NCBI GenBank assembly: GCA_036262935.1
Contig: DATAHW010000083.1
Span: 9,703-73,702 of the forward strand
DNA length: 64,000 bases
From: Gemmatimonadales bacterium
GTDB taxonomy: Bacteria; Gemmatimonadota; Gemmatimonadetes; Gemmatimonadales; GWC2-71-9
Direction: 5' to 3'
This document shows, piece after piece, positions 12,160-22,696 of this stretch. A program made the position numbers and the translations under genes. Position 1 is the first letter of the stretch; the number at the start of each line of letters is the position of its first letter. A model generated the notes under the pieces. It was not told where the DNA came from. It searched no databases and saw only the letters and a list, made by a program, of their open reading frames with translations.

Positions 12160-13866
12160 CTACTCGGCGCGGCTCTCCTCGTACACCGGCTTCACCGGCG
12201 GGATGATCGGCTCGTCGGGATACCCGACCACGGCGAGCACGATGCGGTGATGGATCGGGTCGACCTCGAGCACCTTGAGGTCGAGCGGCTGGCCTTCCTG
12301 CACGGCATCGCCCGGGTTCTCGAGGTTGGCCACCCCGAGCTGCGAGATCGGGACGAAGCCCTCGATGTCGTTCCCGAGGTCCACGACGACGCCCTTGTCC
12401 ATCAGGCGCACCGCACGGCCCCGCAGCTCCATTCCGATCGGATAGGTCTCCCCGATGCGGAGCCAGGGATCTTCCTCCGCCTGCTTCAGGCCGAGGGAGA
12501 TGCGCTTGTTCTCGGCGTCGATGTTGAGGATCACGACGTCCACCGCGTCGCCCTTCTTGACCACCTCGGACGGATGCTGGACCCGCTTGGTCCAGGACAT
12601 GTCGGAGATGTGGATCAGGCCGTCGATCCCCGGCTCGATTTCCACGAAGGCGCCGAAGCTGGTGAGGTTCCGGACCTTGCCCTGGATCCGGGTGCCGACC
12701 GGATACTTGAGCGGCAGCACCATCCACGGGTCCTGCTCGGTCTGCTTCATGCCGAGCGAGATCTTCTCCTCCGCCTCGTCCACCTTGAGCACCACGGCCT
12801 CGATGGTCTCCCCGATGCTCACGATCTTGGACGGGTGGCGGACGTTCCGGGTCCAGCTCATCTCGGAGATATGGACCAGGCCTTCGATTCCCGGCTCGAT
12901 TTCCACGAACGCGCCGTAGTTGGTGATCGAGACCACCTTGCCCTGCACCCGGGTGCCGACCGGGTATTTGGCCGCCACGTTCTGCCAGGGGTACGACTGG
13001 AGCTGCTTCATGCCGAGGCTGATGCGCTCGCGCTGCCAGTCGATGTCGAGGATCTTGACCTCGACTTCCTTGCCGATCTGGACCATCTCGGTGGGGTGGG
13101 AGACCCGCCCATAGGACATGTCGGTAATGTGCAGCAGCCCGTCCACGCCGCCCAGGTCGATGAAGGCGCCGAAGTCGGTGATGTTCTTGACCACGCCCTT
13201 CCGCACCTGGCCGACGGCGAGCTCCTTCATCAGGTGCTCGCGCTTGTGGGCGCGCTCGTTCTCGAGGATGACGCGGCGGCTCACGACGATGTTCCGCCGG
13301 CGCTTGTTGAGCTTGATGATCTTGAACTCGTAGGTGGAGCCCAGCAGCTCGTCGATGTTCGGCACCCGGCGGAGCGCGATCTGGCTGCCCGGGAGGAACG
13401 CGTCGACGCCCATCAGGTTCACCACCACGCCGCCCTTGATCTTCTTGACCAGGGTGCCCTCCACCGGCTCATCGCTCTCGTGCGCCACGCGGATCTTCTC
13501 CCAGACCCGCATGAAGTCGGCCTTCTTCTTCGACAGGACGACCGCGCCCTCCTGGTCTTCCAGATGCTCCAGGAAAACCTCGACCTCATCGCCTTCCTTC
13601 AGGGACTGCGGGTCCTTGAACTCGTCAAGCGGGACCGAGCCCTCGGACTTGAATCCGACGTCGAGAATGACGGCGTTCTCGGTGACGCGCAGGACCTTGG
13701 ATTTGACGATCTCGCCCTCGACAATCTGCGCCATGGTGCCCTCGTACATCGAGAGCATCTGCTCGTAGTCTTCGTCGGAGTAGTCTTCGTCGTAGAGGTC
13801 CTGGCGGACGCGGAGGCCCGTGGGGGAGGCGAACTGCTGAGTCGAGGGTTGGAGTTGATCGAGCAT
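12160..13866 (-). CDS. rpsA: 30S ribosomal protein S1
   Basis: Six S1 repeats. The track start is GTG 13959. I prefer ATG 13866 (MLDQLQPST...), because the extra 31 residues are basic and atypical and an AAGGA lies upstream of the ATG. Confidence 0.93.
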   Translation of the reverse strand: MLDQLQPSTQQFASPTGLRVRQDLYDEDYSDEDYEQMLSMYEGTMAQIVEGEIVKSKVLRVTENAVILDVGFKSEGSVPLDEFKDPQSLKEGDEVEVFLEHLEDQEGAVVLSKKKADFMRVWEKIRVAHESDEPVEGTLVKKIKGGVVVNLMGVDAFLPGSQIALRRVPNIDELLGSTYEFKIIKLNKRRRNIVVSRRVILENERAHKREHLMKELAVGQVRKGVVKNITDFGAFIDLGGVDGLLHITDMSYGRVSHPTEMVQIGKEVEVKILDIDWQRERISLGMKQLQSYPWQNVAAKYPVGTRVQGKVVSITNYGAFVEIEPGIEGLVHISEMSWTRNVRHPSKIVSIGETIEAVVLKVDEAEEKISLGMKQTEQDPWMVLPLKYPVGTRIQGKVRNLTSFGAFVEIEPGIDGLIHISDMSWTKRVQHPSEVVKKGDAVDVVILNIDAENKRISLGLKQAEEDPWLRIGETYPIGMELRGRAVRLMDKGVVVDLGNDIEGFVPISQLGVANLENPGDAVQEGQPLDLKVLEVDPIHHRIVLAVVGYPDEPIIPPVKPVYEESRAE

Positions 13867-14018
13867 GCGGTGCCGGCCATCCTTTTGTGCTACCGCGCCG
13901 TCGGGGCCGCGGGAGAAAGTGATCTCCCCGGGGCGGAAGTGCCGGGGGGAGGAAGCCACGTAGGATAATGGGCGGTCGAGGTCAACGCAAGGCTGGACAA
14001 GCGGTTGGCCCCGAGCAC

Positions 14019-14729
14019 CTAGCCGGGGGAAAAGCGGGGCCGGGCAAGCGCGACGATGCGCGTGACCTGGTCTTCGAAGCTCAGCGAGGTGGTATCGAGG
14101 CGCACCGCGTCGTCCGCGACCCTGAGCGGCGCCACGGCGCGCGTGGAATCGGCGTGGTCCCGGGCGGCGAGCGCCTCCGTCTCCGCACCGAGGAGGGCCG
14201 GATCGTGCGCGGCGCCACGCTGGCTGAGCCGCCGCCGCGCCCGCGCCTCGGGCGCGGCCGTCAGAAACACCTTGAGGTCGGCATCGGGAAACACCACTGT
14301 CCCGATGTCCCGCCCGTCCACCACCACGTCACGGCCGGTCCGTACCATGGCGCGGAGCCGGCTGTTCACCCACTCCCGGACGACCGGCACGGCCGACACC
14401 GCGGAGACGGCCGCGGTGACCGGTCCGGCGCGAATCTCGGCGTCCACCGGCTCGCCCTCCAGGTAGGCGGCGAACCCCGCACCATCGGGCTGGAGCATGA
14501 GTCCCCGGTCCTCCGCAGTCCGGAGAATGGTCTCGGGATCCAGCACCTGGAGCGGATCCTCGCGCCGGCGGCCGCGCCGGGCAACCTCCCGCAAGGCCAC
14601 CAGCGTCACCCCGCGATACAGCGCCCCGGAATCCAGGTGAGCGAAACCGAGCGCCTCGGCAACGGCCCGCGCCGTGCTCGATTTGCCGGAGGCCGCGGGC
14701 CCGTCGATCGCGATAACCGCTCCCTTCAC
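14019..14729 (-). CDS. cmk: cytidylate kinase
   Basis: P-loop IAIDGPAASGKSS. Start set to GTG 14729, a GTGA overlap with the aroA stop at 14726; the track start is 14795. Confidence 0.92.
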   Translation of the reverse strand: MKGAVIAIDGPAASGKSSTARAVAEALGFAHLDSGALYRGVTLVALREVARRGRRREDPLQVLDPETILRTAEDRGLMLQPDGAGFAAYLEGEPVDAEIRAGPVTAAVSAVSAVPVVREWVNSRLRAMVRTGRDVVVDGRDIGTVVFPDADLKVFLTAAPEARARRRLSQRGAAHDPALLGAETEALAARDHADSTRAVAPLRVADDAVRLDTTSLSFEDQVTRIVALARPRFSPG

Positions 14730-15997
14730 GGACGCGCCCGCCGGGCGAGTCCGCGCAACACTTCCGGAAAGCGGGGAAAGCTGACCGCAGCGCACCCCAT
14801 GTCGTCCACCCGGATGCGTGCGCCGGCGACGGTCCCGAGTACGGCGAACGCCATGGCGAGGCGATGGTCACCCGCGCTCCGGACCGGGCCGCGCGGCGGC
14901 TCCGACCCGCCCTCAACGTACAGGTCCTCGCCTGCCACCTCGGCCTGGGCACCGACCGATCTGAGATTCTCGGCGATCAGCCCGAGGCGGTCGCTCTCCT
15001 TGACGCGAAGCTCGCCCACCTGGCGGAAGATCGTCGTCCCTTCGGCGCGCGATGCCAGCACGGCCAGCATCGGGATCTCGTCGATCAGGCCGGGAATCTC
15101 GCCCGCCAGGACCTCGGTGGCGCGGAGCGCGGCGGGCCGGGCCACCAGGTCGCCCACGGGCTCGCCGAAATGCTCGGAGACGTCCTCCAGGGAAATCCGC
15201 GCGCCCATTCGTTCGAGCACGCCGAGGAAGCCGGTCCGCGTCGGGTTCACCCCCACCTGGGCGATCCGGAGCTCGCCGGCTTCCGCGAGGACGGCCGCGC
15301 CGACCAGGAACGCCGCGGACGAAGGGTCGCCCGGCACCTGGACCTCGAAGGTCCCGACCCGGCCGGTGGGGCCGAATCGGATCCAGCCGTCGTCCTCGTC
15401 TACCCGATAGCCGAAGGCCCGGAGGAGCCGCTCGGTATGGTCGCGCGAGCGGCCGTGCGGCTCCCGCAGCTCGACCTCGACCCCGCCCGCGAGACCGGCG
15501 AGCAGGAGCGCGCTCTTGAGCTGGGCGCTCGAGACCGGCAGTTCGTAGCGGAGCGGGACGAGCGGTCCGCCACGGATCGTGAGCGGCAGCCCGTCGCCGG
15601 AGGTCTCGCTGAAACGCGCGCCCATCTGCGCCAGCGGCACGGTGACCCGGCGCATCGGCCGGCGGCGAAGCGAGCCGTCGCCCGTGAGCGTCGCCCCGAA
15701 GCGGTGCCCGGCGAGCAGGCCGAGGAGGAGGCGTGCCGTCGTCCCCGAGTTGCCGCAGTCGAGTACCGCCTCCGGCCGCCGCAGGCGCCCGCGTCCCTCG
15801 ATCGTGACGACGCTCTCCGGCCGCAGGGGCGAGAGGCCGGCGCCCAGTTGCCGGAGCACCCGGGCCGTGCTGCGTGCGTCGAGCGAGGTAAGGGCACCGC
15901 CGATGCGGCTCGTGCCTTTCGCCATGGCGGCCAGGAGGAGCGTGCGGTGCGTGATGCTCTTGTCGCCAGGCACCCGCGTGATCCCGCCCACGATCAT
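14726..15997 (-). CDS. aroA: 3-phosphoshikimate 1-carboxyvinyltransferase (EPSP synthase)
   Basis: Last 423 codons of track ORF 14726..16411, from ATG 15997 (MIVGGITRVPGDKSITHR). CGNSGTTARLL motif. ATGA overlap with the upstream stop. Confidence 0.94.
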   Translation of the reverse strand: MIVGGITRVPGDKSITHRTLLLAAMAKGTSRIGGALTSLDARSTARVLRQLGAGLSPLRPESVVTIEGRGRLRRPEAVLDCGNSGTTARLLLGLLAGHRFGATLTGDGSLRRRPMRRVTVPLAQMGARFSETSGDGLPLTIRGGPLVPLRYELPVSSAQLKSALLLAGLAGGVEVELREPHGRSRDHTERLLRAFGYRVDEDDGWIRFGPTGRVGTFEVQVPGDPSSAAFLVGAAVLAEAGELRIAQVGVNPTRTGFLGVLERMGARISLEDVSEHFGEPVGDLVARPAALRATEVLAGEIPGLIDEIPMLAVLASRAEGTTIFRQVGELRVKESDRLGLIAENLRSVGAQAEVAGEDLYVEGGSEPPRGPVRSAGDHRLAMAFAVLGTVAGARIRVDDMGCAAVSFPRFPEVLRGLARRARP

Positions 15998-16842
15998 CGG
16001 TCCATTCCTTCCCGGAAGCGCTGCGCGACCGCGAGGTAGCGGCGGAGCCCGTCGGCATCGCCCGCGGTCACGAGCCGCCGGAGCTCGGCCAGGCTCGCCT
16101 CGGTAGCGTCCAGCGCCTCCGTCACGGCCGCGCGATTGTAGAGCAGGATGTCGATCCACATATCCGGACTGCTGGCGGCCAGCCGAGTGGTGTCCCGCGC
16201 GCCGGTGCCGAACGACAGGCCGGCCAGCCCGCGATCGGCGAGCGCCCTGGCGAGCGCCGACGCCACGGCCTGCGGCAGGTGGCTGGTCCAGGCGAGCTGG
16301 CGGTCGTGTGCCGCGGCGTCGATCAGGACCGGCTGCGCCTCGAGCACCTGTTCCCAGAATCGCATGATCCCGCGTGCCGCCCGGTCGCCTCCCGGCGCGC
16401 CGGTCTCGCATACGTAGACCACGCAGCCCCGGAGGCGATCCGGGCGAGCCGCCGCGAAACCGCTCGCGTGGGTGCCGGCGAGGGGGTGCGCACCCGCGAA
16501 GCGGTCGCCCAGACCGGCCGCGGTGGCGCTGGCCAGCACCGGGCCCTTGATACTGCAGACGTCGGTGAGCACCGCCCCGCCCTCGAGCGAGGACGGCAGG
16601 CGCTCGATGAGATCGAGCGTGGCGCGCGCGGGCACCGCCAGCACCACCAGCTCGGCGCCCTGCATGGCGCGCGGAGCGCTGTCGGCGAGCTCCGTGATCG
16701 CGGACGCGCGCAGCGCCTGCACCCCGTCCGCGCGGGAGGGCGAGAAGCCCACCACGCGCGGGACGCCCGCGAGGCGCGCCTGCCAGGCCAGCGAGCCGCC
16801 GATGGCCCCCAGGCCGATTACCGCGAGCGAGGACGGCCGCAC
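15994..16842 (-). CDS. tyrA: prephenate dehydrogenase
   Basis: 282 aa. Rossmann N-terminus LAVIGLGAIGGSLA and PDH-family core (HPLAGTHASG). Confidence 0.88.
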   Translation of the reverse strand: MRPSSLAVIGLGAIGGSLAWQARLAGVPRVVGFSPSRADGVQALRASAITELADSAPRAMQGAELVVLAVPARATLDLIERLPSSLEGGAVLTDVCSIKGPVLASATAAGLGDRFAGAHPLAGTHASGFAAARPDRLRGCVVYVCETGAPGGDRAARGIMRFWEQVLEAQPVLIDAAAHDRQLAWTSHLPQAVASALARALADRGLAGLSFGTGARDTTRLAASSPDMWIDILLYNRAAVTEALDATEASLAELRRLVTAGDADGLRRYLAVAQRFREGMDR

Positions 16843-17196
16843 GGATTCAGGTGCCGTTCGCGCGAGTGAGACAGGTCATGCGGCCACCGCGATGAGGACG
16901 GCCCGCATTGTACCGTGCCCGGGTCCGATTCTCAACGCCGCTGCACTGCACGACCGTGCCCGCAAAAGTCGCCGAATTTGCGAGAGCCCGAGCGCATCCG
17001 CCCGCGCCTCGCCGGCGGCCCGGCCATGCTGTCCCGCACCGGCGGCGCGCGTTTCAACGGCCGGACCGGCAACTACTTGTCGCGGGGGCCGGCGCGCGGC
17101 CCGCGCGCCCGAGCCCCTTCACTGGCGTGCTTCTTGCCCCCACGCGGGCGATCCGTGCCCCATGCCGCGGTCCACCGCCGGAGCGCCCACGAGCCG

Positions 17197-17727
17197 ATGA
17201 GTCCAGAGACCAAACCGGTGCCCGCCGCGCCCCCCGCCCCCGCCGCCCAGAAGCAGGCGCTGCTGGAGGCATTCGACACCGTTCTCAAGGCGCAGGCTGA
17301 TCAGCGGGACGCGGAGCGCGCGGCCGCGGAAGCGCGTCGCCGGGGACGCGGCGCCTCGCGGCTGATCATGGTCCTCTGCACCACCATCGTGGTCTTCACG
17401 TCGGTCTACCTGTACGTGGAGCGGCCGGACTGGGTGTTCCCGGCGCCCGCGCCCCCGGAATCGCTCGCGGTGCGCGAGGCGAGTCTCCGGATCATGGTAG
17501 CCAACGCGGCCCAGCACGTCGAGCAGTATCACCAGCGGACCGGCCAGTGGCCCCAGACGCTGGAGCAGGCCGGCGCTCGCGGCGCGGGCGTGCGCTACGA
17601 GCGCGTCGGCACCGGATACCGCCTGCACGGCGAGAGCGGCGAGGTGCGGCTCCGGTTCGATTCCACCGAGCCGCTCCCGCGGTTCATCGGCAACAGCTTC
17701 GAAGTCATCGCCCGGAGATCACGATGA
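17197..17727 (+). CDS. single-pass membrane protein with pseudopilin-like ectodomain (no prepilin cleavage motif)
   Basis: Start set to ATG 17197 (MSPETKP). About 50-aa charged N-terminus, TM helix LIMVLCTTIVVFTSVYLYV, then SLRIMVANAAQHVEQYHQRTGQWPQTLEQAG, which resembles GspG-type pilin heads. TGA overlaps the next ATG. Confidence 0.6.
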   Translation: MSPETKPVPAAPPAPAAQKQALLEAFDTVLKAQADQRDAERAAAEARRRGRGASRLIMVLCTTIVVFTSVYLYVERPDWVFPAPAPPESLAVREASLRIMVANAAQHVEQYHQRTGQWPQTLEQAGARGAGVRYERVGTGYRLHGESGEVRLRFDSTEPLPRFIGNSFEVIARRSR

Positions 17728-18191
17728 GGCGCCGCCGAGCCGGCTTCACCATCGTCGAGCTCCTGACGGTAATGATCGTGATCGGCATCCTCGCCGGGAT
17801 GGCGCTGCTCAAGTACATCGACCTCCGGCATCGTGCACGCACGGCGGAAGCCATCGCGGACCTCGAGGCGATCCGCCTCGCCGCCTACGGCGCCTGGTAC
17901 GAACACGGGACATGGCCGGGGGAAGTCGGGCCGGGCATCGTGCCGCCCGCCCTGGTGGAATACCTGCCGGGGAACTTCAGCTTCGCCAAGCCCGAATACA
18001 CGCTCGACTGGGAGAACCTGCTCCCGCCCGCCGGGGCGCCGCCGAACGGCGGGACACTGAGCGTCGTCGTGACCGCCTCGGATCCGCGGTTGCAGAGCGC
18101 CCTGGCGCGGATGCTGGGCAACAAGGGACCGTACGTCGACGTGAACGGCACCCTGGTCTTCTTCATCGTGGACGCGACCGGCAGGAGCTGA
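17724..18191 (+). CDS. prepilin-type N-terminal cleavage/methylation domain protein (type IV pilin / pseudopilin-like)
   Basis: 155 aa. MRRRRAG|FTIVELLTVMIVIGILAGMAL is a canonical class III signal peptide with Glu+5. Confidence 0.85.
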   Translation: MRRRRAGFTIVELLTVMIVIGILAGMALLKYIDLRHRARTAEAIADLEAIRLAAYGAWYEHGTWPGEVGPGIVPPALVEYLPGNFSFAKPEYTLDWENLLPPAGAPPNGGTLSVVVTASDPRLQSALARMLGNKGPYVDVNGTLVFFIVDATGRS

Positions 18192-18193
18192 CC

Positions 18194-19000
<807 letters not shown>

Positions 19001-19006
19001 GGGCGC

Positions 19007-21076
19007 CTACCGAAGCTGGAGGAGCACCAACGAGTGGGGGGCGAGCGTCAGCCCGGCGCTGGCGGGCCGCGATCCGTCGTGGGCCGTATCCAGCACGACG
19101 GTCCACGGCCCGGCCGGCTCCGCCGGCAGCACGACCGGGCGGGAGCGGCCGCCGCCGTTCAGCAGCAGCAGCGCCGGCCGCTCGCCGTCGAGCAGCAGAC
19201 CCAGGAAATGGCCGCCGGAAGAGTCCGGTGCATCGGACGTCAGCGGCCCGCCGTCGGGGCCGAGCCAGAGCACGCCGGGCCCGAGCGGCGGGAGCTCGCG
19301 TCGAAGGGCAAACACGGCGCGCACGAAGCCGAGGAGTGACTGCCCGTCGGGAGTCGGGCTCCAGTCCACCCAGGTGAGCGGCCCATCCTGACAGTAGGCG
19401 TTGTTGTTGCCCCGCTGCGTCCGGCCCAGCTCGTCGCCATGCGAGAGCATCGGCACACCCCGGGACAAGGCCAGGGTCGCCAGCATGCTGCGGGTGACGC
19501 GTTCCCGGACCCGTGCGACCTGGGTCGTGGTCGCGGGACCCTCCACCCCCCAGTTCCGGCTCAGGTTGTGATCGCTCCCGTCCCGATTCCCTTCCCCGTT
19601 GGCCTCGTTGTGCTTCTGCTCGTAGCTCACGAGATCGTGGAGGGTGAAGCCGTCGTGGCAGGTCACGAAGTTGACGCTCGCGAGCGGCCCCCGCCCCGGT
19701 CCGGCGAACAGATCGCTGCTGCCGGTCAGACGGGAGGCGAGCTCGCCGGCGACGCCGGGATCGCCGCGCCAGAAACGGCGCACACTGTCCCGAAACTGCC
19801 CGTTCCACTCGGCCCAGCCCGCGGGGAACCTCCCCGCCTGATAGCCATCCGGCCCCAGGTCCCAGGGTTCCGCGATCAGCTTCAGTCGGGAGAGCACCGG
19901 ATCGGCGCGTATACGGGCGAAAAAGGGCGCGGCCGGATCGAACTCCGGATCGCCTCTTCCCAGGACCGGCGCGAGGTCGAACCGGAAGCCATCGACCCGC
20001 ATCTCCTCGGCCCAGTAGCGAAGGCTGTCGAGCACGAGATCGAGGACCGGCCCCTGCCGCGTGTCGAGCGTATTGCCGCAGCCGGTGAAGTCCTCGTAGC
20101 GCGCCGGATCGGCCGGGTCGAGCCGGTAATACGTGGCGTTGTCGATGCCGCGGAAACTGAGCGTCGGACCGAGACACCCTCCTTCCGCCGTGTGGTTGTA
20201 CACCACGTCGAGCAGGACCTCGAGACCCGCCGCATGCAGCCGGCGGACCATGGTCTTGAACTCCGCGACCTGCTGCCCGAGCCCGCCGCGCGCGAAGCGC
20301 ACGTCCGGGGCAAAATAGGCGATCGGGCTGTACCCCCAGTAATTCACCAGGCCGAGTGCGGCCAGCCGGGCCTCGCTCGCCTCCTGATGGACGGGAAGCA
20401 GCTCCACCGCGGTGACGCCGAGCGAGCGCAGGTGCCGGATCACGGGCTCGCTCGAGAGGCCGAGGTAAGTGCCGCGGAGCTCCTTCGGCACCTCGGGGTG
20501 GAGCATCGTCATGCCCTTGACGTGGCATTCGTAGATCAGCGTCCGATCCCACGGGGTGGCCGGCGGCCGATCGTCACCCCAATTGAACGCGGCGGCGATG
20601 ACCACGCACTTGGGCATGGCGCCGGCACTGTCCCGCCGATCGGCCGAGCGGTCCGGGATGGCGCCGGGCGGACCATCGGGATGGCTCGCCAGCGAGGGAT
20701 TCCACCCGACCGACCCGCTCAGCGCACGGGCGTACGGATCGAGCAGCAGCTTGGCCGGATTGAAGCGATGTCCCCGCTCAGGGGCGTAAGGACCGTGCAC
20801 GCGGTACCCGTAGAGCTGGCCATGACCGATACCCGCGACGGCAATGTGCCAGACGCCCTCCGGGCCGCGGGTGAGCGGAATCCGCTCGGCCTCGAGGGCG
20901 TCGGATGGCTGGTGGAAGAGACACAGATCGACGGCGGTGGCGTGCGCGGAGAAGAGCGCGAAGTTGGTCCCGTCGCCGGTCCGGCTTGCGCCGAGCGGGG
21001 ACGGCCGGCCGGGCCCGAGGCGTGGCACGGGCTCAGAACGCGCCGGCGCTGGGCCACGGCGGCGGGAGCGCGGCAC
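19007..21076 (-). CDS. glgX: glycogen debranching enzyme
   Basis: 689 aa. GH13 motifs DVVYNHT, GFRFDLA, EPWD, FVTCHDGFTL, and N-terminal TNFALFSAHA. The real start may be GTG 21028 (VPRLGPG), which would remove the 44-nt overlap with the upstream gene. Confidence 0.94.
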   Translation of the reverse strand: MPRSRRRGPAPARSEPVPRLGPGRPSPLGASRTGDGTNFALFSAHATAVDLCLFHQPSDALEAERIPLTRGPEGVWHIAVAGIGHGQLYGYRVHGPYAPERGHRFNPAKLLLDPYARALSGSVGWNPSLASHPDGPPGAIPDRSADRRDSAGAMPKCVVIAAAFNWGDDRPPATPWDRTLIYECHVKGMTMLHPEVPKELRGTYLGLSSEPVIRHLRSLGVTAVELLPVHQEASEARLAALGLVNYWGYSPIAYFAPDVRFARGGLGQQVAEFKTMVRRLHAAGLEVLLDVVYNHTAEGGCLGPTLSFRGIDNATYYRLDPADPARYEDFTGCGNTLDTRQGPVLDLVLDSLRYWAEEMRVDGFRFDLAPVLGRGDPEFDPAAPFFARIRADPVLSRLKLIAEPWDLGPDGYQAGRFPAGWAEWNGQFRDSVRRFWRGDPGVAGELASRLTGSSDLFAGPGRGPLASVNFVTCHDGFTLHDLVSYEQKHNEANGEGNRDGSDHNLSRNWGVEGPATTTQVARVRERVTRSMLATLALSRGVPMLSHGDELGRTQRGNNNAYCQDGPLTWVDWSPTPDGQSLLGFVRAVFALRRELPPLGPGVLWLGPDGGPLTSDAPDSSGGHFLGLLLDGERPALLLLNGGGRSRPVVLPAEPAGPWTVVLDTAHDGSRPASAGLTLAPHSLVLLQLR

Positions 21077-21431
21077 ACCAGGCCACCTCGACCTCCAGCC
21101 GAGCGATTTCCTCGCGCGCCTCGGCCAGGCATTCCTGCAGGTCCCGCCCGCCCGCGCTCGAGTCCAGCGCCGCCACCACCTCGCGCAGCCCGGCCAGCTC
21201 GTAGCTCAGCAACTGTCGGTACCGCTCGGCGGCGTCGCGCCGGTGCGGCGCGAGGCGGCGGAGATCCGCCTTCCGGTCGAGCGTGTGCTCGATCGAATGG
21301 CGGGCGGCGTAGTCCTCCGCGGCAATCCGGGGGCGACGGCGCTCCACTGCCGGTGTGAGGAACGGCAGCCCTCGGCGGTGCTGCCTCCCGAGTCTGTCGA
21401 GCGCCTCCGCAAGGTGGCGGAGGAGACTCAC
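21033..21431 (-). CDS. hypothetical protein (helical/coiled-coil-like)
   Basis: 132 aa with a GTG start. Coding-like composition (LAEALDRLGRQ...LSYELAGLREVVAALD...EEIARLEVEV). No family recognised. Confidence 0.5.
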   Translation of the reverse strand: MSLLRHLAEALDRLGRQHRRGLPFLTPAVERRRPRIAAEDYAARHSIEHTLDRKADLRRLAPHRRDAAERYRQLLSYELAGLREVVAALDSSAGGRDLQECLAEAREEIARLEVEVAWCAALPPPWPSAGAF

Positions 21432-21445
21432 GACCGGCGCGCCGG

Positions 21446-21652
21446 TCAGTTCCTACCCCGCCAGGCCGCCCGCAGGTAGAGCCCCGCAGCCAGGAGCATG
21501 AAGCCGGCGATGATCGACCCCGGCCCACCGGTGTACTCGAAGGTGAACGGCAGCGGGCCGGCCTGGCCGTGCGGCGGATGCAGCAGGGTCAGCACCCCCA
21601 GCACGATCCCGGCGACACCGATCAGGGCCAGCAGTGCGAACAGGTTCCGCAT
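21446..21652 (-). CDS. small two-TM membrane protein
   Basis: 68 aa. Hydrophobic helices NLFALLALIGVAGIVLGVLTLL and SIIAGFMLLAAGLYL. Confidence 0.55.
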   Translation of the reverse strand: MRNLFALLALIGVAGIVLGVLTLLHPPHGQAGPLPFTFEYTGGPGSIIAGFMLLAAGLYLRAAWRGRN

Positions 21653-21719
21653 CGGATTCCTCAGCGAGAGGGAGAAAGGCGCATCACGCCATGGATGAAA
21701 CCGCGGTCGGGGCGGCGGG

Positions 21720-21989
21720 TCAATCGCCGGGCCCGGCGGCGTACTCGCCGAGAAACTGCACGGCGGCGTGAGGTCCGCTGTCCGACGTGGCGGCGACCTG
21801 GAGCGCGCGGATCAGGAGCGGCGACAGCGCTGCGGCCTGCGCCTCGTCGATGGCCCCCACGCCCGGCGTGCGCCGGGCGAGCTGCTGGAGGATCTCCGCC
21901 AGCTTGTACGCGAGGTGCTCGGCGGTGACGCTGTTCCACATCGCCATGAACTCGCGGGTGTTCTCCGGTGCCCTCAGCTCGTCCGGCAT
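21720..21989 (-). CDS. hypothetical protein
   Basis: Start set to ATG 21989, preceded by AGGAGG (MPDELRAPENTREFMAMW...), giving 89 aa. The track start at 22130 would overlap the upstream gene. Confidence 0.6.
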   Translation of the reverse strand: MPDELRAPENTREFMAMWNSVTAEHLAYKLAEILQQLARRTPGVGAIDEAQAAALSPLLIRALQVAATSDSGPHAAVQFLGEYAAGPGD

Positions 21990-22000
21990 CGTGCCTCCTG

Positions 22001-22687
22001 TCAGGTGGGGGGCTGCGCATTCCCGAGCTCCGCCGGCCGGGCGCGGAGCCGGCGCCGGAGGCCCGCGGCCAGCAGGGCCAGCCCGAGCAACTGGATCAGG
22101 TGAAACAGACCGTTGTGATCGAACTGCCACACCAGCCGCACCGGGTCGATCGGCGCGGCCTGGACCGCGCCCGCGATGAGGCTCAACGCGAGCGCGGCGC
22201 CCACTGTGCCGGCACCGGGCCGGCGGCCTGTCGCGGCGAGGCCCAGATAGATGACCAGCGAGAACAGCAGCGCCGCCGCCTCGTACCCGACGAACACGAG
22301 AAAATCACCCCCCGCGACACGGGTGGCCCCCCAGAAGACGAGCGCGAGGGCGAGCATCGGCCCGAGCGCGCGCCGCGCGATCCAGGCGCCCCACCGTTCA
22401 GCCACCGCGCCGACCACGAAGAGCGACATCGTGACTCCGAGCAGGAGATAGAGCGGCTGCCACAGGAGCTCGCGGAGACCGCCGGACACGGCGAGCCCGT
22501 GGGTAATGGCACCGAGCACCGACGCCGCGGCCAGGGATGCGAGGGCACCCTGCCACACCCAACGGGCGAACGAGGGTGGCGTCTGCTGCCTGATCAGCAG
22601 AATTGCGGCCGCCGCCGCCAGCGCGAGGAGCGCATCCGTGGCGGCCGTGGTACGCTCGACGGCCGTGCCCACCAGCTCCACCCTCAT
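22001..22687 (-). CDS. polytopic membrane protein, unknown function
   Basis: 228 aa with about 6-7 hydrophobic helices. No family recognised. Confidence 0.65.
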   Translation of the reverse strand: MRVELVGTAVERTTAATDALLALAAAAAILLIRQQTPPSFARWVWQGALASLAAASVLGAITHGLAVSGGLRELLWQPLYLLLGVTMSLFVVGAVAERWGAWIARRALGPMLALALVFWGATRVAGGDFLVFVGYEAAALLFSLVIYLGLAATGRRPGAGTVGAALALSLIAGAVQAAPIDPVRLVWQFDHNGLFHLIQLLGLALLAAGLRRRLRARPAELGNAQPPT

Positions 22688-22696
22688 GATCGCGTC

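Noticed and set aside
10496-12727. Very long N-terminal extensions in track ORFs. Examples: cdsA 515 aa, carboxyltransferase 743 aa, aroA 561 aa, dxs 788 aa, folD 732 aa, nadK 626 aa and recN 627 aa.
   Set aside because: - The extensions are Arg/Gly-rich and overlap the upstream gene.
- Each is followed by an internal ATG/GTG that reproduces the normal family N-terminus, usually in an ATGA/GTGA overlap with the upstream stop.
21028-21076. A 44-nt overlap between glgX and the upstream 132-aa gene as evidence that one of them is spurious.
   Set aside because: An in-frame GTG at 21028 gives a normal GlgX N-terminus starting 5 nt after the upstream stop, so the overlap is probably a start-calling artefact.
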